NCBI GenBank assembly: GCA_051294375.1
Contig: CM119265.1
Coordinates: 25,156,139-25,220,138, forward strand
Direction: 5' to 3'
DNA: 64,000 nt
From: Paraspadella gotoi
Lineage: Eukaryota > Animalia > Chaetognatha
Shown here in pieces: positions 27,801 to 39,947 of the stretch (position 1 is its first letter; each line of letters opens with the position of its first letter). The position numbers and the translations under genes are program-made. A model generated the notes under the pieces. It had not been told where the DNA came from. It saw nothing but the letters and a program-made list of their open reading frames with translations, and searched no databases.

Positions 27801-30168
27801 GTTTGGGGTTGAGGGTTGAGGTTAAAGAGGTGACAGACTTGGATTCAGGCTTAAGGATTAGGGTTAAAGATTAAGGATTAGGGTTAAAGATTAAGGATTA
27901 GGGTTGAGGGTTAAAGATTAAATTAAGGCGAGGGATTATGGTTAAAGTTTATATAATAGGTTTGAGATGAGAAAAGTTTTCTTTGTTTTCACAATAAAGT
28001 TTTAATCGAAAAATCACAGACATATTTCGGTCTTAGTTTCAGACCTTCATCAGGTCTGAAGGTCTGAAGGTCTGAAACTGAGACCAAAACATCTTCGTGA
28101 TTTTTTTATTAAAAATTAAAAAACTTTTCTTATCTCGAATTTTAATCCAACAAAAAAGAAAAACAATTATATTGAGACCATTATAAGTTTTAAAACGATT
28201 TTGGTAAAATACTAAAGTTAAAATTAAGTTCACGGATTTAAGAAGGGAAATGGGGCGCTTTTAGAAAAGAGAGCCAAACCCTGTGAGATCGAAGGAAGTG
28301 AGTTGTCGTCCGTCGTCGCGATAGTTGGTGTGAAGCGCAGGGATGAACCTAAAGAGAGAAGGTGAGAGAGTGAGTGAGGTGTGATTGGTGAGGATAATTG
28401 TGATTGGTGATTGGGGAAGTGATTGGCGATTTAAAAAAATTAAATTAAAAAATCTTATAAAAATAAAAATTTTTAACCGTAATTTAAATATTTTTTAGGG
28501 TAAAAATAGACAGCGTCTCCCTTTTTTTCGACTTTCTTTCAAAAGGGTAAAGTTCTTTTGAAATGTGGAACAAAACGGATAAATGAGAAATAGTTAACCG
28601 ATAAAATAACACCCTGTACTCACTTTGAGTAGAAGAGGCCGAACGCTTTGTAACAATCTTCGTCGCCGACGATAAAACCAACGCGAGCCAATTCGTTTCT
28701 TATCTCTAACGGGCCTTGATATAAATAAATAAATCAATGAATCCATAAAATCAATCGATCAATCAATCAATCAATCAATAAATAAATAATTAAATAAATA
28801 AATAAATAAATAAATANNNNNNNNNNNNNNNNNNNNNNNNNNNNNNNNNNNNNNNNNNNNNNNNNNNNNNNNNNNNNNNNNNNNNNNNNNNNNNNNNNNN
28901 NNNNNNNNNNNNNNNNNNNNNNNNNNNNNNNNNNNNNNNNNNNNNNNNNNNNNNNNNNNNNNNNNNNNNNNNNNNNNNNNNNNNNNNNNNNNNNNNNNNN
29001 NNNNNNNNNNNNNNNNNNNNNNNNNNNNNNNNNNNNNNNNNNNNNNNNNNNNNNNNNNNNNNNNNNNNNNNNNNNNNNNNNNNNNNNNNNNNNNNNNNNN
29101 NNNNNNNNNNNNNNNNNNNNNNNNNNNNNNNNNNNNNNNNNNNNNNNNNNNNNNNNNNNNNNNNNNNNNNNNNNNNNNNNNNNNNNNNNNNNNNNNNNNN
29201 NNNNNNNNNNNNNNNNNNNNNNNNNNNNNNNNNCGGTTCAGGAAGTAGAGACGGCAAGGCGGCCGCCAGGGGTCGCTTTCGGTATCAACGGATTTTTATA
29301 CAACTGAAACATAATTCAAAATCACTTCATTGATGGAAAAGCCAGGCGCTCTGGGAGTGAACGAACAAGAATTTGAGTCTTAATTGAAATCTTGCAGGGA
29401 GCTGCTTTGCTTTGCTTTATATTGTAAGTATTATAGAGGCCTTAAACCACAATAGCATCCAATATCAAGGGGCAGCATACTTTATTACAACGACATGGAT
29501 AAATTCCATTAAATTGTTCAGTACAGTTTTTAATAGCAACGTTAAAACGCCCTCATCAAACCCCAACCCCCATTTTTTGTGTCCCGTTTTTGAAACTCGA
29601 CCTTCGCCATGATCGTGTTGTTGTCTTTCAATTTTGGAAAATCGCTGCTGGCGAAAGGATCGTCCTCCATCCCTCCGCCTTCCTCCTTCGCCTCCTTCTC
29701 TTCCTCCTCCTCCTCCTCCTCCTCCTCGGCCATTCGTCTCTCCAGACCGTCGTAGCTGAGGACGACCGTCTCGGGGAAGCAGCTCGGGTTCACGACTTCC
29801 GCTGCGGCGATTATCTCCTCAACTTCGATGAGTTTGTTGATGGAATCCACGAATTGAATGTAGGATTCCACCTGGTTCGTTTTTTTTTTTTAAATTAAAA
29901 TTTTATCTTTTTCATTTTTTCTTTTCGTCTTTAGTTCACCTAATTAATATTATGTTTAATATAAAAGGGGAAAAAAAAGCATAATGATTGAAATGCGTTT
30001 TTTGTCTTTTCCATTTAAACTCATTTCCACTCGGACAATTCCATTCAAACTTTATTTCCAGCTCAATCACTCAATCACACAATCCCACTTTTTTACTTTG
30101 ACGCAAAATTTTAAGTTAATCGCCCCATCCACTCATGAGTAATTGGAGTTAAAAGCTAAGGTGGGGCG

Positions 30169-30199
<31 letters not shown>

Positions 30200-30219
30200 T
30201 GACAGACAGACAGACAGAC

Positions 30220-30252
<33 letters not shown>

Positions 30253-33200
30253 TGGGTGGATGGACATCGATTTTTTTGCATAATTTATCATAATTCGATT
30301 ATTTGACCTGATCTAAGTAACATACCGACCGGATTTTGACCTCACCTCTTCACTTTTCCTTCTTTGTCATCTTTTCACTTACCTTCTCCAGCCCTTACCC
30401 GTTCAGTCCTCATCCTAATCCTCTCTTTCCTTCACGCCTTCACACTCTCCACCTTCACACCTCAACCTCCCCCTCCCTCTTTCACCTCCGTGATTCCCAA
30501 TCGATCCGAGTTGACGATCGTGAAGTCGTAAGGACGAGTCCCGCCCATTTCCTCGTCGTCGGCGGCGGCGGCGGCCTCCTCCTCTTCCTCTTCCGTCGCC
30601 GCCTTTGTAAGAAATTAAGGGTTTCACGGTGAACGGGTGAAATAATCGACGGTTCACGTCTCGCTGTGAAGGATAATGCGACAAAATCGTTGAAGGATGA
30701 AAAAGAGAGAGATATCGCATTCTCTGTGATTGATATAGTAATTTTGACATACGTAATAAGATTAACTTAATATTTATGATCTAATTTCTTTATTAATAAT
30801 AATATAATAATATAACAACAACATTTTTTTAAAAACAATTTTATTCGTTCCAAGTTCATCAATTTAATTTCATCTTATATGTTAATATTATATTAATTAT
30901 TAATATTTATCCTTTCTAACTCTTTCCATTTATCATTGTATTTCCTCAATCGCGCTCATCTCATTTCCTCGTTCTTGCTGCAATACGCTCTGATGCGTCG
31001 GCGGCGGCTTANNNNNNNNNNNNNNNNNNNNNNNNNNNNNNNNNNNNNNNNNNNNNNNNNNNNNNNNNNNNNNNNNNNNNNNNNNNNNNNNNNNNNNNNN
31101 NNNNNNNNNNNNNNNNNNNNNNNNNNNNNNNNNNNNNNNNNNNNNNNNNNNNNNNNNNNNGCGGCAGCAGCGCGTCCGGCTCCTGCTTCGAGTCGCTCGT
31201 CCTCCGCCGCAGCCGCAGCCGCGACAGGATCATGTCGAAGAGCGGGAATCGAGCCAGAGCGGGCAGACGCAGCTGGGCCGCGAGAGTCATGGCCGTGCCC
31301 AAGTTGGAGGGCAGCGAGGTGAGATAGCCGAGATGGTCGTCGACGACGAAACGAAGGTCGTGGGTCGAGAGGTGAATCTCCATCATCTTGATGAAGCGAA
31401 GCCACTTGATGAAGGCCCCGCGGAGGTCGGAACCCTTTAGACCGTAGGGGGGGGGCGCCGGTGGGGGGTGTTGAGATGGGTCGTTAATTTAAAGTTTATT
31501 TAGTCGAGGTCCAGTTTAATGTTAAGGTTCCTCCTCTTTATCTTCACATTTGTTCGACGCTACGTCGTAATATGTACGAACGAAGGAACATAGACGGACC
31601 GACCGAAGAGGCGTCTCGTTGAGTCACACACACCTGCTTGGTGACCACGAAAGATGCGTGATCCCGCAATTGACGCATGACAGAGACGCGTCCCTCTTCC
31701 ATCGCCCAAACGTGACGGTCGTGAGGAAAGTCACGCGTGAAGTGAGGTTCACGCAGAGGATTGGGATGGAAAGGCTTCACCTCGCGCAGCTGGGAAAATA
31801 AAGGGAGGATGAGGTAAGAGGAAAAGCGGTAAGGGGAAAGTTAAGATAAGGTTGTACCGACGTGCAATATCACTTACGGTTTGAGTTGGCTGTTCCTTCA
31901 GCCAATAGTGCATTGGGCTTTATCTCCGTACCCAGTGATCACGGGTCCATGATCGGAACTGTTCTCGCAACCTCCTTTTTGGAAACTCACCTTCTTTTCA
32001 TCCCCCTTTCTCTGCTCCTTACCTCGGGTAAATTAGGGTGAGGCAACTCGTCCAAGTCGTAGTGCGATCCTCCCTCGAGCTCATCCAAGGCTCCTTTGAT
32101 CTGCCCATCCAGGGAGCGCCTCTCGCTCCGAGAAATCAGAGGGACGAAGGGATGACCCTCGAAGTTGCGTGACCCTAACACGCCGCACCTGGAGAGAGGG
32201 GGAGGCGGTGGCAGAAAGGGGGGCGGGGTGTGGGGAAAATAGAAGAGGGGCAGTGTCGGGTTTGATGTCGCTTCAGAGGCTTTTCGGGCTTTTAAACAGA
32301 ATTCTAGGTATGTAAACATTTTTATCGTTTATCAAAAAAATAAAATGAAATATTTTCAAAATTAAAATAAATTTCTCCTAAAAAAACTTCATGAAAACCC
32401 TTCCCATCTCACATCTCACGTCTCACATCTCCCCAGCCCCAACCCTTCACCACAGCACGAGTCGACCCTTGAAGATCCTCGCCTCGTCCGGAACGTGATT
32501 CGGGTTGCAGTCGTGCGGATGCAACGCGTCTTCAGGATAGCCCGTGTGACGGATTTGAATCACGGGGTCGATGAGGCGACGAAAGACTCGATAGCAGGAC
32601 GCGTCGAAGGCCACCATATCAGTGATTTTTTTTTAACATGAAAAAATTTCGACAAGATAATATCTTTCGTTAACCTATATATCGAAATTAAACTAGTATA
32701 GAAAGTGAATAGAATAGAATTGACGAGATTAGAATAGAAAAACGAATAGACAAGATTAGCGTAGACCAGATAGAATAAATTCCAACGAATCGGCAATCAG
32801 GTGAGTATAATTACATAAACCTTATTATAAAACAAATTAACGAAAACGAATCTGATTATTTCAGCTCCTACTACGCAAGATGGCGAACGAGCTTCAGAAA
32901 TACTTTGAAACCGTCAGTAAACGTCGTTTAATTTTACTCTCGATTTAACATTACAATATAATAACGATATTAAATATATATTTTGTTTATAAACAGGTGT
33001 ATCAAAACGAGCATAATTCGATTCGACGACGACAACGTCTTGCAGAACTGATGGGAAGAGCCACACGGATTCCGACGACGATTATCCCATGGAGGCAAGT
33101 GACCCAAAGAGAAAAGGGTCTCGGTTCACCGCGATTCAAATCTCAATCCTCATCAGGACCAAGACTTGCTCGACGGCCGTCCCGGCCGCCCCCAGTCGCG

Positions 33201-33971
33201 GCGGAGGCTCGAGCGCCAGCAGCACGCGCAGCCGCAGCTGGACCGAGATCGACGGAGACTCGCCGCCGCCGCGGGAGAAAGTCTTCTTCGTGCAGCGGAT
33301 CAAAACATTCTCGATCTTCGAAGGCGCAACTCAGTTTGGAGAAAGAAAGATACGAGGGAAGATTTGTCTCACGTTTCATGGTTCGCGGTGGGGGGTGAGG
33401 AAGATTTGGTTGGATTTAATTTGTTAATGGAGGATTTATTCTATGTTTATGTAAGAGGGGATGATTGATTGATTGATTGGGACCGACCGAGAAAGATTTG
33501 AATTCCGTCTACAGAGATTTTGTTTTCAATTGGTCGCGCTTTCTTTGGGGGGGAAGGGGAATTTAGATTTCTCTCTTCTCCTTCCTTATATCTTCCCCTC
33601 CCTCTCACCCTTCCTCTCTTCTCCTTCTCTAACCTCTCTCTCTCTCTATCCTCTTCTTCTCTCCTCTCTCCTCCCTCTTTCACCTGTCTCCCCTCTTTTT
33701 TTCCCTTCCTCTAACCTCTCTCTCTCTATCCTTCCTCTCTTTTCCCACTCTCCACCCCCCAACATCTCCCTCCCCCGACCCCAGCGTCTCCGCGGGAAGA
33801 GATTCCCCTCTCCTCCTCCAGAAAACACGACAAAACCTCGAACCGGATGTGAGGGATTCTGCTCCCCGGATATTGCAAGGGACCACCTGCAAGAAACCCC
33901 CCGACAATGTGCCAAGACTCAAAGGTGCGTCTCTTTTTCTCTCTGCGTCTCGCTTCTTTTCTCTCTTTCCT

Positions 33972-34035
<64 letters not shown>

Positions 34036-35068
34036 TCTCTCTTTCTATTCCCCTCCCTCCCTCCCCCCCAAGGCGTCCTCACTGCATGTCCATCAGCTTC
34101 AAACAGAGCGACTTCGATCATCTTCGTCACCGAAAATCGGAATTTGGCGCCAGCGTGATGATGTCATCCAACATGGCGTCGACCAAATGGAAATGGAATT
34201 ACGCCATAAATCAGGTTTCCGCGCGAACAGAAAAAAAAAAGCGAAGAGAAAATTTAGTTTAAAAAAATAAATTATGGAATTTTTAACAATGTAATTTTTT
34301 TCTTTTAAAACATTTTTTTTTTTGTGTGTGGGGAACAAATGAAGGGAAAGATAAAAACAAAGTTTTTTTTTTTTTTTTTAAATTTTAGAAGCAAATCTCA
34401 TTCTACACCCTCCCCTCTTATTCGTTCTCCTCCCTTTCTTCGTTCTCCTCACCCTCTTCCTCGTTCTCCTCCTCCTCTTCTCTTCCTTCTCCCCTTTTCT
34501 TCGTTCATTCTCCTTTTCTTCCTTCTTCCCCTTCCCCCTGTTTCTCTTCTTTTCCTCTTCCTCTTTCTCCTCCCATCCCATTAACCTCCTCCATCTAACC
34601 TCCCTTAACCACCCCTCCCCCCCTCCATCCACCCGATCAAGTCTTACACCCCCGCACCTTCTACGCCATCACCCCCGGCGGTGGTGGCCTTCGGACGCGT
34701 CCTGCCTATCGAGTCTTTGGTCGCCTCATCGAACCCGTGATTATAATCCGTCAACACGGGCTAAATCCTGAAGAACGCGTTTGATCCGCACGAACTGCAA
34801 CCCGAATTCACGGTTCCGACGAGGCGCAGATCTTCAAGGTCGACTCGTTGCCTGTGGTGAAGGGTGGGGCTGAGGGAGATGTTGAGACGTGAGATGTGAG
34901 ATGGGAAGGGTTTTCAATGAAGTTTTTTTAGGAGAAATTTATTTTAATTTTGAAGAAATATTTCATTTTTATTTTTTTGATAAACGATAAATGTTTACAT
35001 ACCTAGATTCTGTTGATTTAGGTTCATTTTTGAGTAGAGAGAAATAAATAAATAAATAAATAAAATAA

Positions 35069-35099
<31 letters not shown>

Positions 35100-38000
35100 A
35101 ATAATAAATAAATAAAAATAAATAAATAAATTAATAAATAAATAAATAAATAAAAAAGAATAAATGAAAAAAATCATCAATCAATCAATCAATCAATCAA
35201 CTCCATTGATAAATCCATCAATCCATTAATAAATCCATCAATAAATGCCATCAATATCATCAATAATAAATCACTAGTTTAAGTAACCTTAGGATGATCG
35301 AGTCCCAAACGGAGATGGCCGACATGAATGAGAAACCGAATTTTGATTTTTTCGTTTTCAAAAATTTTCGTACAAATCGCGGATTTTCGTCCAAAACCTG
35401 AAAACAACCACCGCCCCCCCGATTTTTGTTAAATTGAAAAGTCCGAACCCAAGTTTGAATTCGCTTTCGTAGATTTAACGGCCTTTTATACAACTGAAAC
35501 ATACTTCAAAACACTTCTTGATGGAGAAGCCAGGCGCTCTGGAGTGAACGAACAAGAATTTGAGTCTTAATTGAAATCTTGCTGGAGCTGCTTTTCATTA
35601 TATCGTAAGTATGATAGAAGCCTTAAGCCCACCATAGCGTTTCCAATATCAGGGCAGATACTTATTAAACGAATGGATAAAATTAACATTGTTCGTACAG
35701 TTTTTAATAAGCAACGTAAACGCTCATCAAACCCCACCCCCATTTTTTCCCCTTTTGAAAACTCGACCTTCGCCATGATCGTGTTGTTGTCTTTCAAATT
35801 TTTGGAAATCGCTGCTGGCGAAAGGATCGTCCCCATCCCCGCCGTCCTCATTCGCCCCTTCTCTTCCTCCTCCTCCTCCTCCTCCTCCTCGCCATTTCGT
35901 CTCTCCCAGAACCGTCGAGCTGAGGACGCACCGTCTCGGGAAGCAGCTCGCGCGTCACGACCCGCTGCGGCGATTATTCCTCAACTTCGATGAGTTTGTT
36001 GATGGAATCACGAATTGATGTAGGATTTCCACCTGGTTCGTTTTTTTTTAAATTAAAATTTTATCTTTTCATTTTTTCTTTTCGCTTTAGTTCACCTTAA
36101 TTAATATTATGTTTAATATTAAAAGGGGAAAAAAAAGCATAATGATTGAAATCCGGTTTTTTGTCTTTCCATTTAAACTCAATTTCCACTCGGACAATTC
36201 CATTCAAACTTTATTTCCACTCAATCACTCAATCACACAATCCCACTTTCTTACTTTGACGCAAAATTTAAGTTAACGCCCCATCCACCTCATGAGTAAT
36301 TGGAGTTACAAGCTAAGTGGGCACAGACAGACAGACAGACAGGGACAGACAGACAGACAGACAGACAGACAGGACAGACAGACAAGACAGCACAGACAGC
36401 ACAGACAGAAGACAGACAGGAAGCATACAGACAGCATGGACGTTGGATGACATCCGATTTTTTTGGCATAAATTTATCATAATTCGATTATTTGACCTGA
36501 TCTAAGATAACATACGACCGGGATTTTGAACCTCACCTCTTCACTTTCCTTCTTGTCATCTTTTTCACTTACCTTCTCCACCCTTACCCGTTCAGTCCTC
36601 ATCCTAATCCTCTTCTTTCCTTCACGCCTTCACCACTCTCCACCTTCACACCTCAACCTCCCCCTCCCTCTTTCACCTCCGTGATTCCCAATCGATCCGA
36701 AGTTGACGATCTGAAGTCGTAAGGACGAGTCCCGCCATTTCCTCGTTCGTCGGGCGCGGCGGCGGGCCTCCTCCTCTTCCCTCTTCCCGTCGCCGCCTTT
36801 GTAAGAAATTAAGGTTTCCGGTGAACGGATGAAAAATCGGACGGTTCCACGTCTAGCTTGAAGGATAATGCGACAAAATCGTTGAAGGATGAAATGACCT
36901 TCATCGCATTATTCTGTGCATTGATAATAGTAATGACAACGTAATAAATTAAACAATAATTATATCAATCTTCTTAATTAATAATAATATACATAATAAA
37001 TAACAACAACCATTTTTTTTTAAAAAACAATTTTATCGTTCCAAGTTAACACATTTCAATTAATTTCATCATTAATGTTAATATAAATATTAAATATTAA
37101 TATTATCCTTCTAACTCTTTCCATTTTATCATTGTATTCCCATCGCGCTCATCTCTTTCCCGTCTTCGCTGACCCGCCTGAATGCGTCGGCGGCGGCTTA
37201 AGCAGCGCGTCCGGCTGCCCATGCTTCGAGCGCTCGACCTTGTTCCGCCTTGCAGCCCGCCACGCCGCGACAGGATCATGTTACGACAAGTCGGGAAATC
37301 GAGCCAGAGCGCGGCAGTAACGCAGCTGGGCCGCGACGAGAGTCATGGCCGTGCCTCTTAAGTTGCGAGGGCAAGCGTAGGTGAGTAGCCAGATGGTCGT
37401 CGTACGACGACGGAAAGGTCGTGGGTCGAGAGGTGAATTCCATCATCTTGATATGACAGCGAAAGCACTGATGAAGGCCCTCGCGGAGGGTCCGAAGCCC
37501 TTTAGTACCGTAGGGTGTGGTGGGCGCGTGGTGGGGTGTTGAGATGGGTCGTTAATTATAAGTTTATTTAGTCGAGGTGCCAGTTTAATTTTAAGGTTCC
37601 TCCTCTTTATCTTCACATTTGTTCGAACTGCTAACGTCGTAATGTGCGAACGTAAGGAACATAGACGCGCCGACCGAAAGGCGTCTCGTTTGAGTCACAC
37701 ACACCTGCTGGTGTACCACGAAAGATGCGTGATCCCGCTGACGCATGAATCAGAAGAGCCGTCCTCTTCCATCGCACCAAAAACTGTTGTACGGTCGTGA
37801 GGAAAATCACGCGTGAAATGAGTTCAGCGCAGAGGTGATTGGGATGGAAGACTCACTGCTCGCGCAGCTGGGAAAAATAATACGGGAGGATAGGTAGAGA
37901 AAACACGGTAAGGTGGAAAGTTAAGATTAAGTCTTATGTCCGTACGTGCATATATCACTTACGGTTATGAGTCGGCTGTTCTTTCAGCCAATAGTGCATT

Positions 38001-38719
38001 GGCCTTTACTCTCCGTACTTCCAGTGTATACCGGTCATGCATCGGAACTGTTCTCTGCAACCTCCTTTTTGGAAACTCACCTTCTTTTCAATCCCTTTTC
38101 TCTGCTCCTTACCTCGGGTAAATTACGGGTGATTGGCAACTCGTCAAGTCGTAGTGCTATCCTTCCTCTGAGCTCATCCAAGGCTCCTTTGATCTGCCCA
38201 GTCCAAGGGAGCGCCTCGTCGCTTCGGAAATCAGAGGGACGAAAGGAGTACCCTCGAAGTGTGCGTTGACCTAACACGCCGCAGCTGTGAGAGATGGGGG
38301 ATGTCGGTGGCAGAAAGGGGCGGGGTCTGGGGAAACTAGAAGTAGGGGCAGTGTTCGGGTTCTGATTGTCGACCTTCAGAGGCTTTTTCGGCTTCTCTAT
38401 GCCTTCTTAATTTGTGTAATGTACTATTAATTTTTTCTTAAACAGTTCATCGCTGACCGCTTTTTCTTCTCGCTCCCTCTCTCTCTCTTTCTCTTCTCCT
38501 CTCTCATCCTCTCTCTCTCTCTCTTCTCTCTCTGCTCTCTCTCTCTGCTCTCTCTCGTCTTTTTCTTTTCTGTTTTCTCATTCTTTCTTTCTTTCTCTCT
38601 TCTCATCTCATTTTCTCTGTCTCTCTGCCTGAACAGAAAGAGAAGATGATGCTTTCTTTTCCTCATTTCATTCCTCTTCTTTCTTCCTATTCTTTACTTT
38701 TTTTTCTTTCTTATTTATT

Positions 38720-38759
<40 letters not shown>

Positions 38760-39916
38760 TTCTAGTTTAATTTTATATTTATTATCTTATGTATTTATTT
38801 ATTTATTTATTTATTTTTTTATTGATTTCTCTTCTACTCAAAATGAAGCTAATCAAACAGATTCAGGTATGTAAACATTTTTATCGTTTATCAAAATAAA
38901 ATGAGAATATTAATTTCTAAATAAATAATTTTCTACACTAAAAAAACTTCATAGAAACCCCTTCCCGATCTCACACTCTCACGTCTCACAGTCTCCCCAG
39001 CCCCACCCTCACCACAGCACGATCGACCTTAAGATTCCTCGCCTCGGTGCCGGAAAGTGCATTCGGTTGCAGTCCGTGCGGATGCAACGCGTCTTTCAGG
39101 ATAGCCCGCCTGTGACGGATTTGAGCATCACGGGTCCATGATGGCGACGAAAGACTCGATAGCAGGACCGTCGAAGCGCCACCACCCGGTGTTGATGGAG
39201 TAGAAGGTGCGGGGTGTAAGTACTTGATCGGGTGGATGGAGGGGGGAGGGCGTTAAGGGAGAGTTAGATGGAAGGAGGTTAATGGGATGGAGGAGAAAGA
39301 GGAAGAGGAAAAGAAGGAGAAACAGGCGGGGATAGGGAAGAAGGAAGGAAAAGGAGAGAACGAAGAAAGAGGGAGAAAGCGAGACGAGAAAGAGGAGAGG
39401 AGAAGTCGAGGAAGAGGGAGGAGAACGAAGAAGAGGAGGAGAGAACGAATAAGAGGGGGAAGGTTGTAGAATGAGATTCTGCTCTAAAATTTAAAAAAAA
39501 AAAAAAAAAAACTTTGTGTTATTTTAATCTTTCCCCTTCTCGTTGTTCCCCACAACACAAAAATTAAATAATATGTTTTAAAGAAAAAAAATTAACAGTT
39601 GTTATAAAATTTCCATCATATTTATTTTTTAATACATATGTCAATTTTCTCTTGCGCTTTTTTTCTTGTTCGCGCAGGCAACCTATTTATGGCGTAGATT
39701 CCATTCCATTGGTCGACAGCCAGTGTTTGGATGACATCATACAAGGCGTGGCAGCCCTAAATTCCGTATTTTCGGTGACGTGAAGAATGATCGAAGTCGC
39801 TCTGTATTGAAAGCTGATGGATCATGCAGTTGCAGACGCCTTTGGGGGGCGAGGAAGGGAGAGAGAATATAAAAAGAGAGAGAGAGAGAGAGAGAGGAGA
39901 GAGAAGAGAGAGAGGA

Positions 39917-39947
<31 letters not shown>

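Noticed and set aside
27757-27960. Real telomere or chromosome-fusion site (also ~47175-47340, 59455-59567)
   Set aside because: The tracts are short, highly degenerate and internal. Two of the three lie inside TIR-bounded elements.
31878-31990. Extra small kinase exon plus a 32-nt intron
   Set aside because: Splicing 32023 directly to 31789 gives an in-frame, CK-colinear protein. The extra piece is not needed and does not resemble CK.
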